From Octopus sinensis (taxonomy: Eukaryota), in the NCBI RefSeq assembly GCF_006345805.1, contig NW_021823964.1, positions 1 to 22,355 of the forward strand: 22,355 nucleotides of DNA, read 5' to 3'. Shown piece after piece: positions 8,967-20,380 of the stretch (position 1 is its first letter; the number at the start of each line of letters is the position of its first letter). The notes under the pieces were generated by a model that worked only from the letters and a program-made list of their open reading frames with translations, searched no databases and was not told the origin of the DNA. The translations under genes were made by a program, and so were the position numbers.

Positions 8967-9552
8967 TGAGTGAGAGAGAGAGAGACAAACATGTACACTG
9001 ATCTCCTATACACTCACATACACACTCATACACACAATTACAATCATATATACAGTATGAAGATATTCAAAGAAACACAGACACGATATTTATATATGTG
9101 TAAGTGTATAAATATGTATTTGTATATATGTATATATATATATATATATGTCTGTATGTATGTATATATGTATGTCTGTATGTCTGTCTGTATGTATGTA
9201 TGCATGTATGTATGTGCATGTGCGTATATCGTGCTAGTTTTTTTCTTAAAGCACACCACCCACAGGCAGACATACATTACTACATTCATATAGACATACA
9301 CGTGTACACGCATATATATACATATGCACATACATATAGATACACAGATTTATGTAATGATTCCAATATGTCTGTATGTAAGAAAAACCGCTAAAAGACA
9401 TTACAGACAGCTTGGAGCTACATTTAGCCGAATTTTTAAACAATCACGGAAAGCACGAATACATACATGCGGCCATATATACATATATAAATACATACAT
9501 AAATACACGAATCACATACATATATAGCTATTTAGATATATGCATAGATATA

Positions 9553-9629
<77 letters not shown>

Positions 9630-9840
9630 GCTAATATTTGTATATGTAGTGTACGCAAATATATATTTATATATTTACTACATATAAGTGTATGCATATG
9701 TAGATACATATGTGTATACAAACATATATATACATATATATATACATATATACACATATGTATATACATATATATACTTGTATTTGTAGTAAATATATAC
9801 ATATATATTTGCGTACATAGCTTTGTCTACATATACGCGC
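8907..9840. repeat. Compound (TA)n/(GA)n/(TATG)n/(CA)n microsatellite field
   Basis: Directly visible. It explains ORFs 8970-9863. Confidence 0.95.
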
Positions 9841-10023
9841 GTTTCTTCTGTCCGTGTGTATAAGGAGAGAAAGAGAGAAAAGGGGGGAGAGATTATTTAA
9901 GAAGCTGCCCTTGACAAAACTTCGAAGTCAAAGTCGCCCTTCCCCATCAATAAATTCTAAAACTTTACCTGTTTCTTAGTCATTACTTCATTTTATTTTT
10001 TCTTTGATAAATTTAAGATTACT

Positions 10024-10026
<3 letters not shown>

Positions 10027-10095
<69 letters not shown>

Positions 10096-10140
10096 ACACA
10101 CACACACACACCACACACACCACACACACAAACACACACA
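10027..10140. repeat. (CA)n microsatellite
   Basis: Directly visible. Confidence 0.97.
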
Positions 10141-10625
10141 ATCATGCACCTACACACCCACACAAATGCCGTTTTCTTTTTTTATTACTATCGCTTATTG
10201 TTACTGAATGCACACTTTCTCAATATGTTGTATATTCTACAATTTTTCAGAAAAAAAAAATGGATGAATTTTTTTTTAGAAATGGCAACAGAATTATTGA
10301 TTTAGTTAAGTGCAGAAAGACAGTGGGGCGGGAACTCCGACAGACGTTTCTCTCTACCCATGTACCCAAAATAATATGTGTACTCCGTACCCAGGCTGAT
10401 AAATTATGCTTGCTGTGTATTTCTAAGTTCTGAAGTACGGTATGTAGTATATGAGCGGTATCAAATAATGTTGCTATATTGAGAGTAGTCCATATATTAC
10501 CTATACAATACCTGGTGGTGGTGTTGTCTGGTAATTACCCTATGTGATACGATGATATAAGAAAATATGACAAGTACTTTTTATCTCATCTTCTGTATGG
10601 TGTGTGTATATTTATATACATGCAC

Positions 10626-10701
<76 letters not shown>

Positions 10702-10702
<1 letters not shown>

Positions 10703-11010
10703 GAGGCGCAATGGCCCAGTGGTTAGGGCAGCGGACTCGCGGTCATAGGATCACGGTTTCGATTCCTAGACTAGTCATTGTGAGTGTTTATTGAGCGAAA
10801 ACACCTAAAGCTCCACGAGGCTCCGGCAGGGGGTGGTGGTAATCCCTGCTGTACTCTTTCGCCGCAACTTTCTCTCACTCTTTCTTCTGTTGGCCTGCTC
10901 GCTTAGCCAGTGGGGGTGGCGTCATTTAAAGGCTAAAACAATGCGAAACGCATTGTGACCAGCGATGTGTAGCAACATCTGATAGCCTGGTCGGTCACGG
11001 TGATCACGGT

Positions 11011-11013
<3 letters not shown>
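10702..11013 (+). mobile_element. Full-length tRNA-derived SINE (family D; tRNA-Arg-like head) with duplicated TCACGGTGA tail
   Basis: A-box TGGCCCAGTGG (10712-10722), B-box GGTTTCGATTCC (10755-10766), a unique ~230-bp body and tail tcacggtgatcacggtgat. It lies between (TG)n and (AT)n. It resembles octopus tRNA-Arg-derived SINEs (OR-type) from recall; this was not verified. Confidence 0.85.
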
Positions 11014-11046
<33 letters not shown>

Positions 11047-11167
11047 AGCAGACACACACACATATAGATTGATAGATTATCTATTTTGTTTCAGTTATTA
11101 AACTGCGGCCATGCTGGAGCATCGTTTTGAATACACACATACGCGCGCGCACGCACACGCACACGCA

Positions 11168-11209
<42 letters not shown>

Positions 11210-11290
11210 AACACACACATATATATATATATACATACATACATACATACATACGTGTGTGAGATGTGTACGTGTACATACGCGCGCGTG
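11014..11290. repeat. (TA)n/(CA)n/(CG) microsatellite field
   Basis: Directly visible, interrupted by a SINE C fragment. Confidence 0.9.
11086..11130 (-). mobile_element. 3'-end fragment of SINE family C
   Basis: ttgtttcagttattaaactgcggccatgctggagcatcg versus ttgtttcagtcatttgactgcggccatgctggagcaccg at 18676. Confidence 0.75.
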
Positions 11291-12052
11291 TAAATCCTGA
11301 GATAATCTCCGTATTTGGATGCAATGTCTTGTGATATAGTTTTCTTTATTTGTGTTTATGTGAGGTCCTAGGGATCCCTCTCCCTGCATTTGTCTGCATA
11401 TTTCCCCGACACCTTTTTATTATAATTGTTGTTATTGTTTATAAGTAGAAATCCTTATTGTTATATATTAGCACAATAGTACGTTCCTACCTACATTTTT
11501 TGTAAAGCTAAAGGAAGCAACTCGATTTCAGAAAGATTCTGAGAGAGAGAAAATGAGAGAAAGAGAGAGAGAGACAAGAGAGCAGGAAAGTCAAGACGAG
11601 AAAGAAAGAGACAGACAGACAGAATACAGAGGATTCTAAGGAGTGAGAGGCTGAGTTTCTTTCTTTCTCTCCTCTCCATTTCTGTTTCTATGAAGTATTT
11701 CTCAAGAGTGACTTCCATAAAATAAGCTCACTTTTTCACTTGACAGTATTCGCTACACGTATTTTGTTAAAAACTTCTGTATTAATCTGTGTAAATTTAT
11801 GCACATCACCATCTGTGTTTGTATGTAAATATAGCAATATAGTTACAAACTGTTTTAATATTCTTCATGCATATCAATCTGAATAATATGCCTGACGGAA
11901 AGAGACATCAGTAAAATAAATATTGTCTCAATAATTATTTGAAATAATTTAATATGTACTTCCGGGTTGACTTAAAATCTCATAAAAAAATCATAAAATA
12001 ATCTCATTCCAATTGATTCTCGTGTGTCTACATTTTCAATCATAAGGTTTAA

Positions 12053-12462
12053 GTTATTAGGAACCGACAAAATCGTTGGCACCAAGGACGAAATGCTAAG
12101 AGATTTCTTCTTGGTTTTAGTTTTTGGTTCTGAGTTCAAATTCTTCCGAGGTCGATTTTGCCTTTCGTCCTTTCGGGGTCGATGAAATAAGTACCAGTTG
12201 AGCACTAGGGTCGATGTAATCGACTAGCCTCCCCCCCAATCTACTCCCCCAAAATTTCAGACCTTGTGTCTACAGAAGAAAGGATTATATAAGACGACAA
12301 ACTGGCAGAATCTTTAAAGCGTCGAAAGAATGTCTTGTGTTCTCTTTCGGTTTTACGTTCTGAGTTCAAATCCTGTTGTAGTCGGCTTAGCATTTCATCT
12401 TTTCGGTGCCGATTGGATAAAGTACCAGTCAAGTACCGGGGCTGATGGAATCGACATATTCC
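12053..12462 (+). mobile_element. Two head-to-tail SINE family A copies (~12053-12287 and 12291-12462)
   Basis: Each has an aatc(g/t)tt head, a gttctgagttcaaat B-box and tttc(g/a)tc(c/t)tttcgg...aagtaccagt. The first ends ccttgtgtctacagaagaaaggatt. Confidence 0.85.
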
Positions 12463-12669
12463 ACCGCCATATTTCAGGTCTTTTATCTAAGAATGTTTTT
12501 CCACCCCCGAGTCTTTGTAAACCTTCGTACAAATTATAACGTCACACTCCCCACGTCCGTCTCATATGACGCAACATTGGCAAATAAAAAGAAAACAGCA
12601 ACATCATCATCATTATCATCCTTCTGCTCTTCCTCCGCCGCTTTCCCCCCTCCTCCCATTTCTCCTCCA

Positions 12670-12979
12670 CATAATAATAATAATAATAAAAAAAAAAATA
12701 ATAATAATAATAATGACGATGATGATGATGATGATGATGATAATAATAATAATGATAATAATTATTATCATTATTATTTTAATTTTTATTATTATTATTA
12801 TTATCATCATTATTATATTATTATTATTATTATTATTATTTTATTATTATTATCATTATCATTATTATTATTTTATTATTATTATTATTATTATCATTAT
12901 TATTATTATTATTATCATTATTATTATTATTATTATCATTATTATTATCATTATATTAATATTATTATTATCATTATTA

Positions 12980-13013
<34 letters not shown>

Positions 13014-13130
13014 CATTATTATTATTATTATTTTTATATTATTATTATTATTATTATATTATTATTATTATTATTATTATTATTATCATTATTATTATTA
13101 TTATTATATTATTATTATATTATTATCATT
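12670..13130. repeat. ~460-bp (AAT)n/(GAT)n/(ATT)n microsatellite
   Basis: Directly visible. It explains the poly-I/poly-Y ORFs 12445..13182 and 12566..13165. Confidence 0.97.
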
Positions 13131-13540
13131 CACAATCGTGCATGACAAGAAACCATATTCTTTGATCAGACATGTAAAATAACAATCTAAACTACAATTT
13201 TTTGCAACGGTTTATTTATTTATTCATTATTTTTTTTAATAAAAAAAATTTGTTTTTTGTTTAACTTTCTTTGTGGTGGAGGAAGTGGCGGACGCATCGA
13301 GATAAAGAGACTATAACTAAAAAAGATTCCATTCGATAAACCATGCAAAAAAATTAATAATGATAATAACAACACGAAATGTGTGAAGCTACATCAAACA
13401 AACGATGATGTTACCACGTGATAAGAATTATTATACAAATGTGTTTGTATGTGTTTTCAGTTTCAGAGTCAAGAATATTCCTTCTATCACGATTAAAATG
13501 GCGGCTTTTGCAATTTGCCGTCGCTAGCGAAAGTGTCGTT

Positions 13541-13553
13541 ATATATATATGTG

Positions 13554-13598
<45 letters not shown>

Positions 13599-13608
13599 CA
13601 CACACACA

Positions 13609-13662
<54 letters not shown>
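13541..13662. repeat. (TA)n/(CA)n microsatellite
   Basis: Directly visible. Confidence 0.95.
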
Positions 13663-13663
<1 letters not shown>

Positions 13664-13924
13664 TTACAAGTCTCATATTTTATTTTATTTTCTCTCCCCT
13701 CCTGGTCTTCCTGATATGATTCTTCATTGCTTTAAGATGTTCTCTCTTTCTTTTTTCGCTATTCAGTTATTTTATTCATTTCATTTTATTTTTCGTTCTT
13801 TATCGTTGTTGTTATGGTTGCGATTGTTGTTGTTTTCGACGTTGTTGTCGCAGTCTTTGCTTCTGTCGTTATTTTTGGCTTTAATTTTTTCGTTTAAAAT
13901 TTGTTTTTCGTCATTTAGAATCAT

Positions 13925-13932
13925 TTATATTA

Positions 13933-13987
<55 letters not shown>

Positions 13988-14068
13988 AATAATAATAATG
14001 ATGATGATGATGATGATGATAATAATAATAATAATAATAATAATAATGTAATAATAATAATAATAATA

Positions 14069-14138
<70 letters not shown>

Positions 14139-14140
14139 TA
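13925..14140. repeat. (ATT)n followed directly by (AAT)n/(GAT)n, forming an inverted microsatellite pair
   Basis: ...ttattattattattaataataataataatgatg..., with the axis near 13984/13985. Confidence 0.9.
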
Positions 14141-14508
14141 TTTTGCTTTAATTCATTTGTTCATCCATTCATAACGTTTCGGTATTTATGTCGTGCAAAA
14201 CCAAATATAATCTTCGTGAATGGTTAATTGAATAATTTCTTTACAGGTTCGATTCTAATTCACAGCACACTCAAATTCTTTAAGCATTTTCTTTTTTTTA
14301 TTATTGTTTTTTTCCCACATTATGTTATGGAAATTTTCGCGGTTCTTCAAGGAACTGGAATCGCCAAATGTTTTACTGATTATTTCTTTTTCTTTTCAAT
14401 TAATCAATTAATTCCTTCAACACCATCACCACCTAAAAATATTGCAATCATTAATTTAGAATAATAATTAATTATTATTATCATTATTGTTACGCTGCTG
14501 TTATTCAA

Positions 14509-15043
14509 AAGGTGACGAGCTGACAGAAAATACGTTAGAGCTGGAGAAATAGGTTTCGTTCTACTTGTTTTGACACTTTACATTCTGAGTTCAAATCACA
14601 CTCGGGGCAATTTTTCTGTTCACCCGCTCCAAGATCAATAAAATAAAGTACCTGTCAGCTATTGGGGTTGATCATATCGACTATGCTTCTCCCCTTAAAA
14701 CAGCCGTCCTCGTGTTTAAATTACAAACTGCTATCTTTTGGGGTCGATAAATTAAGTACCAGTTGAACACTTGGGTCAACGTAATCAAATAACACCCTCC
14801 CACTAAATCTCAGGCCTTGTGTCTATTTTAGAAAGGATTATTAATAATGTATGTTATTACAGAAGCAGCAAGCTGGCACAACCCTTAGCAGGCCGGGCAA
14901 ACTACCGGGGTCGACTTTGCCTTTCATCCTTTCGGGGTCGATGAATTAAGTACCTGTTGAGTACTGGGGCCGGTATGATTGACTGTACCCCTCCCCACAA
15001 AACTGAGGCCGTGTGCCTATATTAGAAAGGATTATTGTTATTA

Positions 15044-15079
<36 letters not shown>

Positions 15080-15290
15080 GGCGGCGTGACAGCAGAATCT
15101 TTGGCATGCTGGGCGAAATGCTTATCGGTATTTCGTCTGTGGCTGTTCTGAGTTCAAATTCCGCCGAGGTCGACTTTGCTTTTCATCTTTTCGGGGTCGA
15201 TAAATTAAGTATCTGTTCAGTGCTGGGATCAATGTAATCGAGTATCCCTCCCCACCCCAATTCCATGCCTTGTGCCTATAATAGCAATTC
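14509..15290 (+). mobile_element. Array of four same-orientation SINE family A copies (14509-14729; 14735-14842, 5'-truncated; 14863-15036, internally deleted; 15078-15290, full length)
   Basis: Recurrent ggggtcgataaattaagtacc core and aaggcggcg/agctggca heads. The last copy has the A-box region, gttctgagttcaaattcc B-box and the full 3' part. Confidence 0.88.
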
Positions 15291-15319
15291 TGATGATTAT
15301 GATTCTTCTTATTATTATT

Positions 15320-15584
15320 GAGTGAGAGAGTTGTGCACATCATCAAAGTGACACTGGGGTACAAATATACGAAACACAGTATACCCATCATGACTACTCG
15401 TCTGATAAGGGTACACCAGGCACAGGCATTACAACCATTTGTGCACGACATGGTGATCTCGTATCAAGATAAACAGCGCATAACCTTGCAGGTGGGGGCC
15501 CAGTTAGAATTTTCTTCGGGTAGAGTAGCCCATCCCGCTCAAAAGGTCCCTGAATAAGGCTTAACACGTATGTTTCTAGAGGTG
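15320..15584 (-). mobile_element. Second, truncated copy of repeat family B
   Basis: Collinear with 952-~1232. It has a ~20-bp deletion after tgaataagg and resumes with atgtttctagaggtg. Confidence 0.8.
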
Positions 15585-16159
15585 CCATTTGTAAAAAAAA
15601 AGGTAAAATATATAAACAACAACTAAAATAAACAACCTTTTGCGATAAACTTATTCTATTTACGGCATTGTTATAGACTATGTCTGTGTAGACGAAAAAG
15701 GATGGCAAGCAGCAGAGGGCAGTATATACCGTTAGTTCCCTACGTACGGGTCGTTAATGAGATTATTTGCAACCCCCATAATGGATATTTATAATGCAAA
15801 TTGGATGCAGATTCTTAAGGAGAGAAGTGTCATTATCAAATTATCACATGGCAGGAGAAGATTCAAAGTTCTAAAATATCTCAGAACAACAGTCATGTAG
15901 TAGCAGTGCCCAAACTTGCGGTCATATAATGTTCAGTGACCCAATGTGGTTCGAGTGGCGAGGGGTCGGGGTCGAAAGCAGGTTATCCTGGAATGTATAG
16001 CAGTAAGGGTTTCATGAATGCGATAGAAAGAGGAGGGACGGTGGACGTGAGGGATGGACAAAGGATGACGAGACATTTGCACGTGGAAGCGCAACTGACC
16101 TTCCTTGACCTCCGTTGCAGACGGGTGCCATCATTGCTAAAAGGACATTTAGTTCATCT

Positions 16160-16760
16160 TTTATACATACATGCATACACACACATATACAAATATACAT
16201 ATATATTTATATTTGTTTGTATATATATATATATTTGTATGTATATATATTTGTATGTATATATATATATATATGTGTGTGTATGTATATATATGCATAT
16301 AATTATATATACATATATACACACATATTTGTGTGCGTGTTCATACACATACATGTATGCGTGTGTATACATGTATAGGTATTATATATATTTGCATGTA
16401 TATACAATACATAAGTATTTATATATACGCACATACATAACCATACACATATATACAAATGCACGCACAAGTATGTATATATATACGTGCTTGCATATAT
16501 ATGTATATACATCTCTCTCCCTCTCACTCTCGCTGTTTTATATATATATATATATATATAAGCATATATATACACACACATATATATATTCATACACACA
16601 CACACACATATATATATTGCGTAATAGAGCAAATAATTTTATGTATGTGTATGTGCTTATATGTGTGTATGTATGTGTGTAAGTATTTATGTACGTATGT
16701 AAGTATGTATGTTCCTTATATATATATATACATACGTTTTTTTATAGATATATATATTCG
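16160..16760. repeat. Degenerate (TA)/(CA)/(TATG) microsatellite field
   Basis: Directly visible. It explains most of ORF 15936..16682. Confidence 0.95.
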
Positions 16761-17353
16761 TATATTTATTGATTAATAAAACTGTAAGTGCGGGGCAAAG
16801 GAGGCAAACAAGAAGAGAACTTGTAGGACATGAACTATGATATTTAATCAATTAAACCCAAAAATCCGTTTAGGATTACATAAAGCCACCAATCAACTTA
16901 CTAATAACTCGATGTAAAAACTAATAATCCATTAATGAGAGGTCAACCATTTCTCGGTGCGGCAATAACACAACGTAGCGATGAAAGGCGAGCTGACACG
17001 TCATATACATATATATATATTGTAATGTAAATGCACGGCTGCTGTTAAAGTTTGCGATTAATCTCAAGCCATCTATCTCAATACAACTGAGAGATAGTGA
17101 AGGTTAAGGGGTGATAGCTTCGGCTACATTGTTAGATGGCCCCAGCGTTAAAAATCAATTAGGAAACAGTTTCTGTTTTTATTATTAATATTGTAATAAA
17201 GGAAAACTCTTTCAACGTTGCCAGATCTTAAGCAGTGACCCGGCATCTATTTGTTCTTAAATAATTATCGATAATGGAAGTTTATGAAGATAAGAATTTA
17301 TGTTGCCTAATACATACATTGGTACATACATATATACGTACGTATATATATAT

Positions 17354-17384
<31 letters not shown>

Positions 17385-17514
17385 GGGGTGGTGGTGCGTG
17401 TGTGTGTGTATCTATTGCATAAATATACATGTAAATTCATATGCGTATACACACTGGCACAAACACACACACACACATACACACGCATGTGCGTTCATGT
17501 ATATGTAGATATAT

Positions 17515-18647
17515 TTATAAACGCCAATTTGGATCAAAAGTTTTTTCGTATTTCAAGTTTTAATTGATAGTTAAAACAAATTACATTTGAAAAACATATA
17601 TTCATGAAAATATATCCCATCATATTCCATTGTCTGTTGCCATCTTTGTGCCAGAAACTCAATTCATACACCATTTGGTTGCTTTAGAAGTAAAAAGAAA
17701 AACTCCCTGCGCCCATTATCAGCCATATCAACGTTGTTGAACCACCGTTTGGAAAAGGTGGTAATCCTATGGTGCAAGGTCTGGACTGTATGTAGTTCGG
17801 CGCAGCATTTCCAAATCCTTTAGGTTCTTAAGTGTGCCCTTGGTCGCATTGGCTGCGTATGTTGGGGAATTTTCATGTTGTAGAAGTCCTCGTCTCCTGT
17901 TGCCCAATGCCGGGTTGCAGGCTTTCAAATCATCATATACTCGCTGAAGTCATTGAGCATAAAGGTTAGCGTTCCCAGTATAACCATCTACGAGGAGCTG
18001 AAAGTGCAGCGCTCCCTCGAAATTCTACCAAACATACAACATGATTTTATTTTCAAATAGCTTTTGTTTATAAACAGGTTCTGAAGCTTTGCCGGAACGA
18101 AGCCATTGATTTCTCTAATTGGAATTACGAAAATAGATCCATTTTCCCTCCATCTCCTTTTCAATTCAACACCAAAAGCGGATATCTCGAGGATGTTTTG
18201 TCCAAACGACGTTATGCATGGTCACAAGGCCAGGCGTATGGAGGTGTCGTTTGTTGTTGCTTTATGAAGGACCATGTTCGGCTCACAATGTACGAGTGTT
18301 TGCGTTTGGCTATTGTTCATCCAGTTCAAGCGACACCTAATCTTCTACATCAAGTTTCTCTGACATTGGTTTGTCTTCGAGACTGGTGTAACCTTCTTTG
18401 AACTGTCTGAATTAGTCTAGTGCCACACATTCATTGACAGCTCCTGGGCCTCTCACACCATTAATTTCTTTTTCTGCTACCCTTGCATTCGGTTGTTTTT
18501 TTCCACAGATAGTGTCAAATGGCTTTCAATGCAATACTCATTATCGAAGCTGTAAAATAAAGAATAACCAACTGATGTTTATATGAAAATAAAGAATAAA
18601 GAATTCAGCTGCGATGGGACAAATTGTACCAAATTAATGACATAACA
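17515..18647 (-). mobile_element. Mariner-like (IS630-Tc1-mariner) DNA transposon remnant; transposase pseudogene 18541->~17600
   Basis: ATG at 18541. The mostly single-frame translation reads ...EKEINGVRGPGAVNECVALD*FRQFKEGYTSLEDKP...KWIYFRNSN*RNQWL...KIMLYVW*NFEGALHFQLL...NANLYAQ*LQRVYDDLK...RRRGLLQHENSPTYAANATKGTLKNLKDLEMLRRTTYSPDLAP*DYHLF...LAQRWQQTMEYDGIYF. YSPDLAPxDYHLF is the mariner signature. Possible TIR relics are aatttggatcaa (17527) and ttgtaccaaatt (18624); outer boundaries are approximate. Confidence 0.92.
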
Positions 18648-18884
18648 TACTCTTTTACTCTTTTACTCTTTCACTTGTTTCAGTCATTTGACTGCGGCCA
18701 TGCTGGAGCACCGCCTTTAGTCGAGCAAATCGACCCCGGGACTTATTCTTTGTAAGCCTAGTACTTATTCTATCGGTCTCTTTTGCCGAACCGCCAAGTG
18801 ACAGGGACGTTAACACACCAGCATCGGTTGTCAAGCAATGCTAGGTGGACTAACACAGACACACAAACACACACAACACATACA

Positions 18885-18966
<82 letters not shown>

Positions 18967-19164
18967 TATATAGATATATATATATATATATACATATATA
19001 CGACAGGCTTCTTTCAGTTTCTGTCTACTAAATCCACTCACAAGGCATTATTCGGCCCGGGGCTATAGCAGAAGACACTTGCCCAAGATGCCACGCAGTG
19101 GGACTGAACCCAGAACCATGTGGTTGGTTAGCAAGCTACTTACCGCACAGCCACTCCTGCGCCT
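18648..19164 (-). mobile_element. Full-length tRNA-derived SINE family C with internal (CA)n/(TA)n expansion and (AAAAGAGT)n-like tail
   Basis: Minus strand: AGGCGCAGGAGTGGCTGTGCGGTAAG (A-box region), GGGTTCAGTCCC (B-box-like), CTTGGGCAAGTGTCTTC...GCCTTGTGAGTGGATTTAGTAGACAGAAACTGAAAGAAGCCTGTCG, then microsatellite 18860-19000, then ...GACTGAAACAAGTGAAAGAGTAAAAGAGTAAAAGAG. Tail fragments recur at 11086 and 21392. Confidence 0.88.
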
Positions 19165-19212
19165 ATATGTAGATACAAGTTTCAAAAAATCTTCAGCGAA
19201 AATCCGAAAACA

Positions 19213-19253
<41 letters not shown>

Positions 19254-19259
19254 CGCGCG

Positions 19260-20239
19260 CAGGGTGCGGACGGTATTTGAGGACACATGCATTTTTAGTC
19301 ATTATTTTATTTGACAAATTTTTTATTGAACTTCTGTTTCAGAATCTAAAAATGACAGGCCCTGTGCTTACTAATGAAATGAAAAAGCATGCTGTGATTG
19401 TGGTTTTGAAGACGAAGCATGGTGATTTAGAAATTTGTCTTCTGAAAGTTGCAAGATCTTTTGTCCACTAGATTCGGTGTGAGCTAGAGAAAGAAGATGG
19501 ATGCGTATTACCTGTATGAAAATGTAAAAAAAAGATTCCAAACGCTCTAATTCTCTCAGAATACCTGAATTTATTCAGGAAATTTAGTAAACCATTGATG
19601 ACAACCCAGGAAAATCAATGAAATCAATTGCAAAATAATTTCGTATGTCAGAAAAAACAGTCAGAAATGTTGTGCATGAAGACATCAGATACAAATCTTA
19701 CGTGATGAGGAGAGGTCAATACATGTCAGAAAAAAACAAAAAAGAAAACCCTTTAATCAGATCCAAAAGACTTTTGAATAAACTTTAAAATCCATCAGAA
19801 GATGGTGTGATTTGGCTTTTCGCAGATGAGACAAACTTTGACCAGGATCAGGACCAGAAAACTAACTGAAGAAATGACAGATGGCTATGTGCAGACCCTT
19901 CTGAGGTTCCAAGACTAATGTACACACTATTTCCTGCAAGTGTCATGGTTTTGAGTGTTGTTAGAAATGAAGGGCATGTGATGCCTCTTAACTTTTTTCC
20001 ACAAGGCCTTAGGATGAATACTGCTTCGTATTTTGAGGTTCTGGATAAAGTTGTTAAGCCTAGGATCAACGGTGTATGCAATGGGAGGCCTTGTGTCTTT
20101 CAACAAGATTCTGCACCATCACACAAGGCACAAGAACGGATGGCCGACTATTTGCCTGATCACATCACCCCCAACATTTGGCCTCCTAATTCTCCAGATC
20201 TCAATCCACTGGCCTACCTCAAATACCGTCCGTACCCTA
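19260..20239 (+). mobile_element. Non-autonomous maT (DD37D-type) Tc1/mariner element with ~23-bp TIRs; transposase pseudogene 19352-20216, C-terminus deleted
   Basis: The left TIR cAGGGTGCGGACGGTATTTGAGG (19260-19282) matches the right TIR CCTCAAATACCGTCCGtACCCTa (20217-20239) at 21/23 positions. Translation: MTGPVLTNEMKKHAVIV...DDNPGKSMKSIAK...VHEDIRYKSYVMRRGQ...IWLFADETNFDQD...RNDRWLCADPSEVP...VMVLSVVRNEGHVMP...FQQDSAPSHK...WPPNSPDLNPLAY, with stops and one frameshift. Confidence 0.93.
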
Positions 20240-20380
20240 TTATATATATATTATATATATATATATAATATATATATATTATATATATATATATATACAT
20301 ACATACATACATACATACATACCTTAAATACATACATATATATATATATATATATAATATATAATATATATATATATATA
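20240..20380. repeat. (TA)n/(TACA)n microsatellite
   Basis: Directly visible. Confidence 0.95.

Noticed and set aside
10702-10775. tRNA gene
   Set aside because: It has A and B boxes but no proper acceptor stem closure and continues into a SINE body and tail, so it is a SINE head.
15937-16002. 66-nt symmetric phase-1 exon candidate (ttcag|TG ACC...AGC A|gtaagg) within ORF 15936..16682
   Set aside because: It lacks a polypyrimidine tract, the peptide is unrecognisable, there are no partner exons, and the rest of the ORF is microsatellite.
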